Shown here in pieces: positions 31,761 through 39,446 of a DNA stretch of 64,000 nucleotides (its first letter is position 1; every line of letters begins with the position of its first letter). The DNA is from a virus (Duplodnaviria; Caudoviricetes): IMG/VR virus record IMGVR_UViG_3300028832_000007, positions 6,459 to 70,458 of that record, one strand, 5' to 3'. The position numbers and the translations under genes were made by a program. Under the pieces are notes generated by a model. That model saw only the letters and a program-made list of their open reading frames with translations, ran no database searches and was not told where the DNA came from.

Positions 31761-32017
31761 TATCTTAGCTGTTCGCCCATCTGTTCGTACTCGTTGTCAG
31801 TCGCCGCACCCCAAAAGTAGCCGTGCATCATGCTGGCCATACAGTACCATTCAATTGATTCGATGTACTCTACCATCTCGACAAGATCGTCCTTGTCCAT
31901 TCGTCCGCCGTTCTCCTCGGTCCACTTGTCGATAATTCGGTCCATCGTCTCGGCCATCGTCCAAAAGCCGAGTTCGTTATTCTGCCTATAATTTGCAGTC
32001 GCTTCATACTTGTTCAT
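31760..32017 (-). CDS. Acidic hypothetical protein
   Basis: 85-aa ORF. Confidence 0.65.
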   Translation of the reverse strand: MNKYEATANYRQNNELGFWTMAETMDRIIDKWTEENGGRMDKDDLVEMVEYIESIEWYCMASMMHGYFWGAATDNEYEQMGEQLR

Positions 32018-32116
32018 GGTTCACTCCATTTTTACCACCGCCCCACCCGTTTACGGGCAGGGCACGCACCGAGCCTGAGGTCTGTTTATACTCGCTCGGT
32101 CGAGTGCTGGCTGGGC

Positions 32117-32494
32117 TTACTTGCTCTCCTTCTCAGCCTTGGAGGCGTTGAGTATCCTCGCCCTGTTCGCCCTGCGGACATAGTCCACCACCTGACCTGC
32201 CGTCCATGTGGTCTTAGGCTTGAACTCGCCCTTGCTGGTCGTGCCTATGACCTTGTCCTTGCAGTAGTTCGTGCCGTCGAGGTGCTTGATGATGAATGCG
32301 GACGAGAAGTCCTCGATAACCAGTCCGTCGTCCTTCGCGGACTTGATGCTGGATGCGAGTTCCGGGTCCTTCTCCGGCTTGTCCCACACTGCCTTTACTG
32401 CCTTTATGGCGTGGTTCATTCCTTTGCCTTCGAGGTTTGCACTGGTTCTGAAAGCCTTTGCGTTTGCTGTTGAGAAATTTACGATTGTTTTCAT
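32117..32494 (-). CDS. First gene of the leftward early operon; Lys/Ala-rich hypothetical protein
   Basis: 125-aa ORF with a good A/T-rich initiation region and biased codon usage. Confidence 0.75.
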   Translation of the reverse strand: MKTIVNFSTANAKAFRTSANLEGKGMNHAIKAVKAVWDKPEKDPELASSIKSAKDDGLVIEDFSSAFIIKHLDGTNYCKDKVIGTTSKGEFKPKTTWTAGQVVDYVRRANRARILNASKAEKESK

Positions 32495-33112
32495 GATACT
32501 AAAATTTTGAGGTTAAACATAAGATTAGCACCCCCCGACAGAATCGGACTGTCGCAGGGTAGCCGTTCGCAACTATCTCTTCGTCTCTTCCAAACCATCG
32601 GAAAAGCATGGTAATCACTTTAGTTGCCGTAGCCGTTATTTGTCTTTTTATCTTCTATTCGTTAGTATTCTTGTATGCCGTGTTCGTTCGCGTTCACATA
32701 CACCGATATATCGGGCTGCACCCTCAACACCATACTAACGCAGAGTTGGGATTTCCGGCACCCAACCGCCTAATAAAAAAGTTTCATCTGTTAGAATCCC
32801 CTTTGCAGTGCTCCTGCGTAATCGGATACGTTACGCCCCTACTTAGCAATATTTCCGTGCCTAACTTCGCTTTTGGCATAGTGGGTTTATTCAGCTATGG
32901 GTGCGACTTCCTGCCGTGGCAGTGTTCGCAGATACGGCTGTATGGCTTTTGACCTCCTCAACTAACATTCATGTTAGGATATCGTTTCCGACATCTTCAA
33001 CGGGTGGACTACCTTTTTCGGGTAACTGCACAGACTTGTCAATGAACAAACACCGCTTACAATCCTACGGCTTGTAATGTGTTCCGTATCTCTCCCCTCT
33101 CTCATGTTGCTG
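32495..33112 (-). ncRNA. Candidate large structured ncRNA / 5' leader (~615 nt)
   Basis: Lies between a consensus promoter and the first ORF; at least seven stems found by eye; no sense-strand ORF of 60 aa or more. Confidence 0.6.
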
Positions 33113-33115
33113 ATG

Positions 33116-33146
33116 CAAAGTTACTACTATTTTTCCATACTACAAA
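33116..33146 (-). promoter_or_regulatory. Strong sigmaA-type early promoter (leftward)
   Basis: On the - strand: TTTG (33146-43), 19-nt spacer, TAACTTTG (33123-16). Confidence 0.85.
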
Positions 33147-33581
33147 TTTATCATAGTATATTTTATAAAAAAGTTACGATTTTATTGATTATCAATGAGT
33201 TACAAAGACGAAAAATTGCATAGTAAATATATTGTAACGTTTTAAGTGCTTGTATATCAATATGTTAGCAATCTTGCAGTTTTGAATGATTCTAATTTGC
33301 TATATATACCTATATTATAGCGGAAAGGCTTCCCCGCTTGTGCTAAAATATGGCACAAGCTGCCACCCCCTATTAAAACGTTTTAATAAACCATGTTGCA
33401 AAATTGAATGTTTCCCTTTGATTCTGCAACACATTGAGCGTTAAGGGGGTAAGGGGTATTTAACTACCATAGCGAACCACGTACGGTGGAATCCTGAAAT
33501 TTTTTTTTCTTGCAAAAACGGCCCTGTAGGTACGTAGGGTGGCGATTGGGTCAAACCCGTCCCTGAGAGTGTCTGAGCCGG

Positions 33582-33890
33582 GGTGACGGAAGCGTGGTGA
33601 CGGGTGACGCAAACGTGTATGTTAATTGGACCAACCGTCACCTTTTGCGTCACCACTTAACATACTATATAATAAATACTTACAACCTTAGGTGACGGAG
33701 TGAACTTTGGTTTAAATAAACTATCAATTGAAAAAAGTTAAATTTATGTAGAAAATTTGCTAAATTTGCGTCACTGCGTCACCCGACCGGCAGAAATCCC
33801 GTATTTACGGGGCTGAGGGGCCGATTTTTGAGGTGACGCATCGAAAAAAGCTAGCGTCACCGGTGAAGCATTTGCGTCACCAGCGTCACC
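33582..33890. repeat. Iteron-like GGTGACG/CGTCACC array around an AT-rich core; putative replication origin
   Basis: GGTGACG at 33582, 33596, 33603, 33691, 33832; CGTCACC at 33636, 33648, 33777, 33855, 33875, 33884; AT-rich 33655-33768; directly upstream of the primase/helicase genes. Confidence 0.75.
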
Positions 33891-33904
33891 GGCACGGAAT
33901 TTGC
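33890..33904 (+). promoter_or_regulatory. sigma54-type -24/-12 promoter motif (one of a series)
   Basis: CGGCACG-GAAT-TTGC, 14 nt before ATG 33919; related copies at 38144, 38680, 45440, 48048 (+) and 19190, 23107, 53681 (-). Confidence 0.65.
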
Positions 33905-33918
33905 AAGTGAGGCGAGTC

Positions 33919-34404
33919 ATGGATTTCAAGGTAAAAAGGAAAGGCAGGATAAGGGTGGTTCCCGGATACGGGGGCCGCTACTCGGTGAGCGACCTGGGCA
34001 TGGTCTACAGCGAGGGGGAGGAGATGTCCCTGATCGGGGGCAGGTTCGTGAAGCTGTGCTCCGGGGGGCGCGTGGAGAAGGTGGACGTGGCGTACCTGGT
34101 GGCGAGGGCGTTCATAGGGAACGCGGCGCTGAGGCCGTACCTGAGGCACAGGGACGGTGACCGGAGGAACAACAGCGCGGAGAACCTGGAGTGGGTGGAG
34201 CGCAGGATGGAGGGCCGCAGGGGAAGGCCCGAGGGGACCGGGAGGAACGTGCTGCAGTTCGACCTGGAGGGGCGGATGCTGGCGTCGTTCCCGAGCGTGC
34301 CGGCGGCGGCGCAGTGCCTGGGGATATCCCCGGACAGGATCCGGAACAGCCTGGCCGGAAGGACGTCGACGGTGGCCGGGGAGTGGACGTTCAGGTACGA
34401 GTAG
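33919..34404 (+). CDS. NUMOD4-HNH-NUMOD1 homing endonuclease-like protein
   Basis: VPGYGGRYSVSDLG; HRDGDRRNNSAENLEW; VLQFDLEG...FPS...AA..LG. Confidence 0.8.
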   Translation: MDFKVKRKGRIRVVPGYGGRYSVSDLGMVYSEGEEMSLIGGRFVKLCSGGRVEKVDVAYLVARAFIGNAALRPYLRHRDGDRRNNSAENLEWVERRMEGRRGRPEGTGRNVLQFDLEGRMLASFPSVPAAAQCLGISPDRIRNSLAGRTSTVAGEWTFRYE

Positions 34405-34440
34405 GGAATGGCATGGGATTTGAAGTAAAATACCGCAATT

Positions 34441-35916
34441 ATGGATTATATAGTGGATTATCTGTGTGAAACGGTGGGGCCCAGCATCGCCCGCGCCGGC
34501 GAGATCGACCGCAGGGTGGACAAGCGGACGGAGGCGGGCATGTGCGAGACCTTCCGTAGGTATATCGTGGGCGAGGAAGGCGACGAGGGGAACCAGCTGT
34601 TCAGGGTGGTGAATGACCAGATACTGTGCGTGTTCAACGGGAGGTTCTTCGAGAGGATCACCGACGTGCAGCTGACGGGCGTGATCCGCCGTGTGCTCCG
34701 CAGGATGGAGGTGGGCCTGGTCTACCTGACGGGGAGCGCCTCCACGATCAGCAAGTACGTGATAGACTCGATGCTGGCGGAGCCGTCGATGCGGTTCCAC
34801 CCGGACCGCAGGTACGTGTGCTTCGACAACTGCGTGCTGGACCTGAGGACGATGAAGGTGAAGGAGCATGGCCCGCAGTATTGCACGGACGTGATAATGA
34901 ACTTCGAGTACAGCCCGGGGGCGAGGAGCGCCCTCTGGGACAGGGTGATAGAGACCACGGTGCCGGACGAGGGGATGCGGAGGGCGTTCCAGCAGTTCTG
35001 CGGGGCCTTCCTGCTGAACCGCCACGAGTACAAGTTCGAGTACGTGTGCTTCGTGATAGGCGAGGGCCAGAACGGAAAGAGCATCATCTGCAAGGCGATG
35101 GTGAACGTGTTCAAGAACGAGGACGAGCGGGGCAACGCGAGGACGAAGTGCGTGACGACGTACACTCCGGACCAGCTGTTCAGGAGCCAGCAGATGCAGT
35201 ACGTGATGGCGGACGTGCAGGGGAAGGTGATGAACTACTGCGACGACGTGAGCGACAAGGACTTCTCGGGCGGCGACTTCAAGGCGTTCGTGTCGGGAGG
35301 CGAGTTCCGTGGAAGGAGCCCGTACGGCAAGGAGGTGGTGGAGGTGACGGACGTGCCCCTGATGCTGTGCTGCGCGAACAGGATTCCGCCGACCACGGAT
35401 GACTCGGAGGGTTATTTCAGGAGGTTCCTGATCATAAACTGCCCGAACCACGTGTCGGAGAGGGATAAGGACCCCCAGCTGGAGGCGAAGCTGCGTGCGG
35501 ACGACGTGCGTGCGGCGATCTTCAACTGGATGGTGGAAGGCTACGGGGAGCTGATGAAGAATGCGTGCAAGATAGAGATGACCGGGGCGATCCAGCAGCT
35601 GAGGGAGGACATGAAGGCGGAGTCGAACAGCTGCCGCAGGTGGATCAGGGAGTACGGCTACGTTGCCGTGGAGCCTACCGGTGTCCTGGACGAGAGGTGG
35701 AAGTCCCTGAGGGAATGGCTCGGGATATACAAGCAGTATTGCATTGATTACGCGGAGGGTGCGCCTAAGACGCAGAAGTCCGTGAGCAAGATATTCAAGG
35801 AGATGGGTTTCGCCAGCCAGAAGCGCAAGGACGGCGTCTGGTATTGCATAGGCAGGAACGTCGATGAGGAGCTGCGGGACGACGGGGTGGGGAGTGAAGA
35901 CAATCTGCCTTTTTAG
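34441..35916 (+). CDS. D5/P4-family SF3 helicase (primase-associated)
   Basis: Walker A GEGQNGKS, Walker B NYCDD, FKAFVSGG, CANRIP...GYFRRFLII. Confidence 0.88.
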   Translation: MDYIVDYLCETVGPSIARAGEIDRRVDKRTEAGMCETFRRYIVGEEGDEGNQLFRVVNDQILCVFNGRFFERITDVQLTGVIRRVLRRMEVGLVYLTGSASTISKYVIDSMLAEPSMRFHPDRRYVCFDNCVLDLRTMKVKEHGPQYCTDVIMNFEYSPGARSALWDRVIETTVPDEGMRRAFQQFCGAFLLNRHEYKFEYVCFVIGEGQNGKSIICKAMVNVFKNEDERGNARTKCVTTYTPDQLFRSQQMQYVMADVQGKVMNYCDDVSDKDFSGGDFKAFVSGGEFRGRSPYGKEVVEVTDVPLMLCCANRIPPTTDDSEGYFRRFLIINCPNHVSERDKDPQLEAKLRADDVRAAIFNWMVEGYGELMKNACKIEMTGAIQQLREDMKAESNSCRRWIREYGYVAVEPTGVLDERWKSLREWLGIYKQYCIDYAEGAPKTQKSVSKIFKEMGFASQKRKDGVWYCIGRNVDEELRDDGVGSEDNLPF

Positions 35917-35927
35917 TCGATGGGGAT

Positions 35928-36833
35928 ATGGAAGACAGGTTTGCATATGATCCGGTTCCGGCGCTGAGGAACGCGCCGAGGCTGATGGGTTTGGAGCTGC
36001 GGGAGTGCGGTCCGAACAAGCTCTGCGGAGGGTATTATATTGACGGTGAGCCTCACGCTTACCGGCGGGACAAGCTGAAGGTATATATATGGAAGGGAGT
36101 GGTGTTCGTCAGCGAGGAGGGGGGTCCCACCATGTCCCTGACGACGTGGCTGCAGCAGTACGGCGGGGCGGCGGATTATCGGGAGGCGCTCGGCATGATC
36201 AAGGGGGGTGACCAGGCCCTCCATTGGGACGGGACGTACCGTCATGTGGCGAAGGTGGAGCGCAAGCATGTGTCCCCGGACGTGCTCCAGGGGGCGAAGG
36301 AGTATGACCTGAGGCTGAGCCCGCTGTTCCGCCACATGTGCCGGCTGTTCCCGGAGGAGGTGGTGAGGGAGGTGTGGGCGGCCTATGAGGTGACGGCTAC
36401 GCCGAGGGGGGGGACGTGCTTCTGGTACCTGAACCCGTCGGGGCAGATCTGCCATGACAAGGTGGTATGGTATGGGGAGGACGGCCACAGGAAGAAGGAG
36501 CTTCCGATGGGACGCCGGTACCGGATAGGTGATGGCTATACGGAGAACCCTATGTTCGGAAGCCATCTGCAGGGGACGGTGAGAGGGGTCCTGGAGTCGG
36601 AGAAGAGCTGCCTGTATGCCGCATGTTACTACGGGGGCGTATGGCTGGGAACCGGCGGGAAAAATAACATACGGGACGTGGCGGGCCTGCCGCTGTATCC
36701 CGACAGGGATGCCGAGGAAGCCTGGAGCCGTGCCGGCGACTGCGTGGACTGGTATTCCGAATGGCCGGAGTGCGGCGAGCATTGCGACCTGGGAGACAAG
36801 ATAGAATGGTTAATTTTGAATAATTCTAAATAA
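35928..36833 (+). CDS. Putative primase (Toprim-like, DUF6371-type C-terminus)
   Basis: DKVVWYGEDGHR, MFGSHL, VLESEKS, WLGTGG, LYPDRD. Confidence 0.6.
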   Translation: MEDRFAYDPVPALRNAPRLMGLELRECGPNKLCGGYYIDGEPHAYRRDKLKVYIWKGVVFVSEEGGPTMSLTTWLQQYGGAADYREALGMIKGGDQALHWDGTYRHVAKVERKHVSPDVLQGAKEYDLRLSPLFRHMCRLFPEEVVREVWAAYEVTATPRGGTCFWYLNPSGQICHDKVVWYGEDGHRKKELPMGRRYRIGDGYTENPMFGSHLQGTVRGVLESEKSCLYAACYYGGVWLGTGGKNNIRDVAGLPLYPDRDAEEAWSRAGDCVDWYSEWPECGEHCDLGDKIEWLILNNSK

Positions 36834-36834
36834 G

Positions 36835-37200
36835 ATGGGATGTGCATGGAAAATAAAGGCTGAGCACAGGCGTTGTGAGCTGTGTTCTTATGAGGGGCCC
36901 TGTGACAGGGACTGGAACAGGGAGCATCCGTACGTGCGGAAGATGGCGTCCGTCGTCGGCGAGGATATCCGGGGCGGGAGCAGGAGGAAGGAGGTCGTGT
37001 GGGGAAGGTATTTCGTCATGTATGCCCTCCGTCAGGAAGGATACTCGACGCTGAGGATAGCGGTGGCGCTGCGGCGGGACCACTCGTCGGTCGTTCACGG
37101 CCTCGGGATGGTGTCGAAGGCGCTGTCCGTGCCCGGGATGTATGCTGACGTCCTGCCGATATGGGAAAAGTTTTCAACCTTAAATAATATTGAGTTATGA
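36835..37200 (+). CDS. Protein with DnaA domain IV-like HTH
   Basis: RRKEVVWGRYFVMYALR..GYSTLRIAVALRRDHSSVVHG (cf. DHTTVxH). Confidence 0.65.
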   Translation: MGCAWKIKAEHRRCELCSYEGPCDRDWNREHPYVRKMASVVGEDIRGGSRRKEVVWGRYFVMYALRQEGYSTLRIAVALRRDHSSVVHGLGMVSKALSVPGMYADVLPIWEKFSTLNNIEL

Positions 37201-37628
37201 TTAAGAAATTCAAGGAATGGTGGTATTTCCACGTCAAGAACCCGGTCGTAAGGAAAGGAGAGGCCGGCGGATTCACATGGGTGTTCAGGAAGTTCGGGCT
37301 GGAGGTCAGGACGCGGAGCGGCAATTTCAGGGCGCAGTGGACTGCGGATGAGCATCCGTACGGGTATCTGGCATATTCGGACGGGAATGAGAACATTCAC
37401 GGCTTCGCCATGACGGTATACATGGTGTCGAAGCTGCTGACTACGGAACCCAGGTTCGCGGAAGATATCCAGCTGGCTATCAAGGCTTACGAGAAGAGGC
37501 TGGATGAGAGTCTCTCCGTGGTAGATGACCCCGTGGAGGAGGAAATAGCCCTGGCGGAGATGAAGGACGTGCAGGAACAGGTAGAAAAAGTTCGCAGAAG
37601 GAGGAAGAGGAATGGAGATAAAGGTTAA
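37197..37628 (+). CDS. Hypothetical protein
   Basis: 143-aa coupled ORF. Confidence 0.7.
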   Translation: MIKKFKEWWYFHVKNPVVRKGEAGGFTWVFRKFGLEVRTRSGNFRAQWTADEHPYGYLAYSDGNENIHGFAMTVYMVSKLLTTEPRFAEDIQLAIKAYEKRLDESLSVVDDPVEEEIALAEMKDVQEQVEKVRRRRKRNGDKG

Positions 37629-38049
37629 GAAGCTTATTCCGGAGGCCGTGGTGCCGACGAGGGCGCATGCGAGTGACGCCGGGTTTGACTTGGTGGCGGT
37701 CAGCAGGGTGATAGATGAGGACAGTGCGGTCGTTTACGGGACCGGCCTGGCGTTCGAGATCCCGGAGGGATATGTCGGGCTTGTCTTCCCGAGGAGCAGC
37801 GTCGCGAAGAAGGATATGGTGCTGTCGAACTGCGTGGGAGTGATTGACTCGGGATATCGGGGAGAGGTGATGGCGAAGTTCAAGCTGATAGACCCTCTTA
37901 TCGTGCATGAGAAGTATCATTGGTATGAGATCGGTGAGCGTATCTGCCAGATTGTGTTCATGAAGTTGCCGGAAGTGGAGCTTGTCGAAAGCGACGAGCT
38001 GAGCGAGAGCGACAGGGGAACTGGCGGATATGGCAGCACCGGGAAATGA
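37612..38049 (+). CDS. dut: dUTPase (trimeric)
   Basis: AGFDL, PRSS, GVIDSGYRGE, RICQ, RGTGGYGSTG. Confidence 0.97.
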   Translation: MEIKVKKLIPEAVVPTRAHASDAGFDLVAVSRVIDEDSAVVYGTGLAFEIPEGYVGLVFPRSSVAKKDMVLSNCVGVIDSGYRGEVMAKFKLIDPLIVHEKYHWYEIGERICQIVFMKLPEVELVESDELSESDRGTGGYGSTGK

Positions 38050-38052
38050 TTA

Positions 38053-38144
38053 TTTGGAAAATATCGGGATAATCCATATATTTGTACTTAGTTGAATTTC
38101 CATAAGTAGTAGGATGCGGTCCGCTGTGAAGCGTACCGCATTTT
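38053..38144 (+). ncRNA. Stand-alone small RNA unit: promoter, ~25-nt body, terminator
   Basis: TTTG-N20-TATATTTG (38053-84), body TACTTAGTTGAATTTCCATAAGTAGTAGG, hairpin ATGCGGT-C-CGCT-GTGA-AGCG-T-ACCGCAT-TTT. Confidence 0.65.
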
Positions 38145-38184
38145 GGCATGAAATTTGTATGGATTATATAAAATTTTTTAAGAT

Positions 38185-38496
38185 ATGAACGATTTTACGC
38201 TAAAATTCCATTCTGGGGACCATGTGTTCCTTTTTAACAGTATTTCTCTCTCTATCGAGGAGGATGACGTGTACGGAGCCCTGTTCTTGCCTGTACCTGT
38301 GCCGGGTGTGCTTCAGGAGAGCGGGAAGAGCATCAAGGAGAAGATCGAAGCCGGTCAGTTGGCGGTAAAGCAGCAGTATCAGCTGTGCCAGCACCAGGGC
38401 GTGGTGGATGCAGACATCCTTTTCGGTACCCGCGAGGAGTGTATCGCGTTTTACGCGGAGTTCTTCAACCGTGGCGGCGCGATCGTCTCAGAATAG
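38185..38496 (+). CDS. Hypothetical protein
   Basis: 103-aa ORF. Confidence 0.7.
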   Translation: MNDFTLKFHSGDHVFLFNSISLSIEEDDVYGALFLPVPVPGVLQESGKSIKEKIEAGQLAVKQQYQLCQHQGVVDADILFGTREECIAFYAEFFNRGGAIVSE

Positions 38497-38503
38497 GCGT
38501 TTT

Positions 38504-38590
38504 TCCCGGGTAGCCCAACCGGTGAGGCCCTGGCGAGCCCCGTTTATGGGGCGGACCGGTAAGATGCGGGTTCGAGTCCCGCCCCGGGAG
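38504..38590 (+). ncRNA. tRNA-like RNA 1 (no canonical anticodon loop)
   Basis: 7-bp acceptor TCCCGGG/CCCGGGA, TAGCC D arm with GG, T arm GCGGG-TTCGAGT-CCCGC; anticodon arm extended. Confidence 0.8.
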
Positions 38591-38643
38591 CTCTGAGTGA
38601 AAGATTTTTCATAAGCAGTGGTTGTTATACATGTGTTAAGTTG

Positions 38644-38673
38644 AAGCGGGTCGCTGCGAAGTGCCCCGCTTTG
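38644..38673 (+). terminator. GCGA-capped terminator
   Basis: AAGCGGG-T-CGCT-GCGA-AGTG-C-CCCGCTT-T. Confidence 0.75.
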
Positions 38674-38728
38674 TTCTTATGGCACGGAATTTGAAGGATT
38701 TGTTGTTAGTTTATAAATATTTTCGTTT

Positions 38729-39301
38729 ATGTCAGAGATTGGTACGTTTTATAAGAAAGGGTCTAAGTCCGATTACAGCGGAGTGGAGATCCTTGGCCCT
38801 TCCGGAGTTGTCCCGAGGGCGATCATAGAGAAGATTACCTTCCATGATGTGTTGAGCGTGCAGGGAAAGAAGGAGAAGGACCGCTGGACGTGCAAGTTCC
38901 AGGGTATCGAGAAACCTATGTTGTTGAATTCGACCTGCAGGAAGCGTCTCGCCAAAAGGTTCTGGAACGTTATCGTGGAGGATGGCCAGCCTTGTGCGGG
39001 CAGGATTGACCTGTTGTCGGGTAAGGGTCTGGCGGTGCGCCTCGATTCGGAGCCGTGCAGGGATCCGAGCGACGGGACCATGACTATAGGTCTGAGAATA
39101 TCCCTTCTGGATCCGTCTCCGGAAGAGGCTCGGCCGGTTAAAAAGAAAGTCGTGACCGAAGATAAGGTCCAGGTTACGGTCAACTGGGCGAAGGAGAACA
39201 ATATGACGTTCGAGGACGTGGAAAAGAAGTTTGATTTCGCGAGTGAGGAGGTCAAGAATGCAGTCCAGTCAGGTCTGAACAAGGAAGATTTACCTGCGTA
39301 G
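38729..39301 (+). CDS. Putative recombination / ssDNA-annealing partner protein
   Basis: KPMLLNSTCRKRL motif; lies upstream of the YqaJ-like exonuclease. Confidence 0.45.
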   Translation: MSEIGTFYKKGSKSDYSGVEILGPSGVVPRAIIEKITFHDVLSVQGKKEKDRWTCKFQGIEKPMLLNSTCRKRLAKRFWNVIVEDGQPCAGRIDLLSGKGLAVRLDSEPCRDPSDGTMTIGLRISLLDPSPEEARPVKKKVVTEDKVQVTVNWAKENNMTFEDVEKKFDFASEEVKNAVQSGLNKEDLPA

Positions 39302-39446
39302 CGTATGGACGGAAATAAGACGGTTTACTGGCAGGGTGTTAATAAGATAGAGAGCGGCACCTTGCTGCTGGAGAGCTCTAACGGGGACTGGTATGTCCGG
39401 TTAACGAGCGGCAAGGTTGTGCTGGTCAACGAAAAAAGTTTTTTAG

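Noticed and set aside
32608-32952. 114-aa hydrophobic + strand ORF in the leader region
   Set aside because: Antisense to a strongly promoted, purine-rich transcript; no + strand promoter seen; hydrophobicity is expected from a T-rich strand.
33000-33030. Group I intron (AAGGTAGTCC resembles the S element)
   Set aside because: No upstream R element (GACTA) to form P7, and no interrupted host gene.
33582-33890. Possible CRISPR array
   Set aside because: Repeats are only 7 bp, in both orientations and irregularly spaced; no cas genes.
33886-35946. 686-aa - strand ORF (also 35913-36782 and 34626-35402)
   Set aside because: Antisense or alternate-frame shadows of the HNH, helicase and primase genes. 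The GC-rich codon bias removes stops; the translations are H/P/R/V-rich with no motifs.
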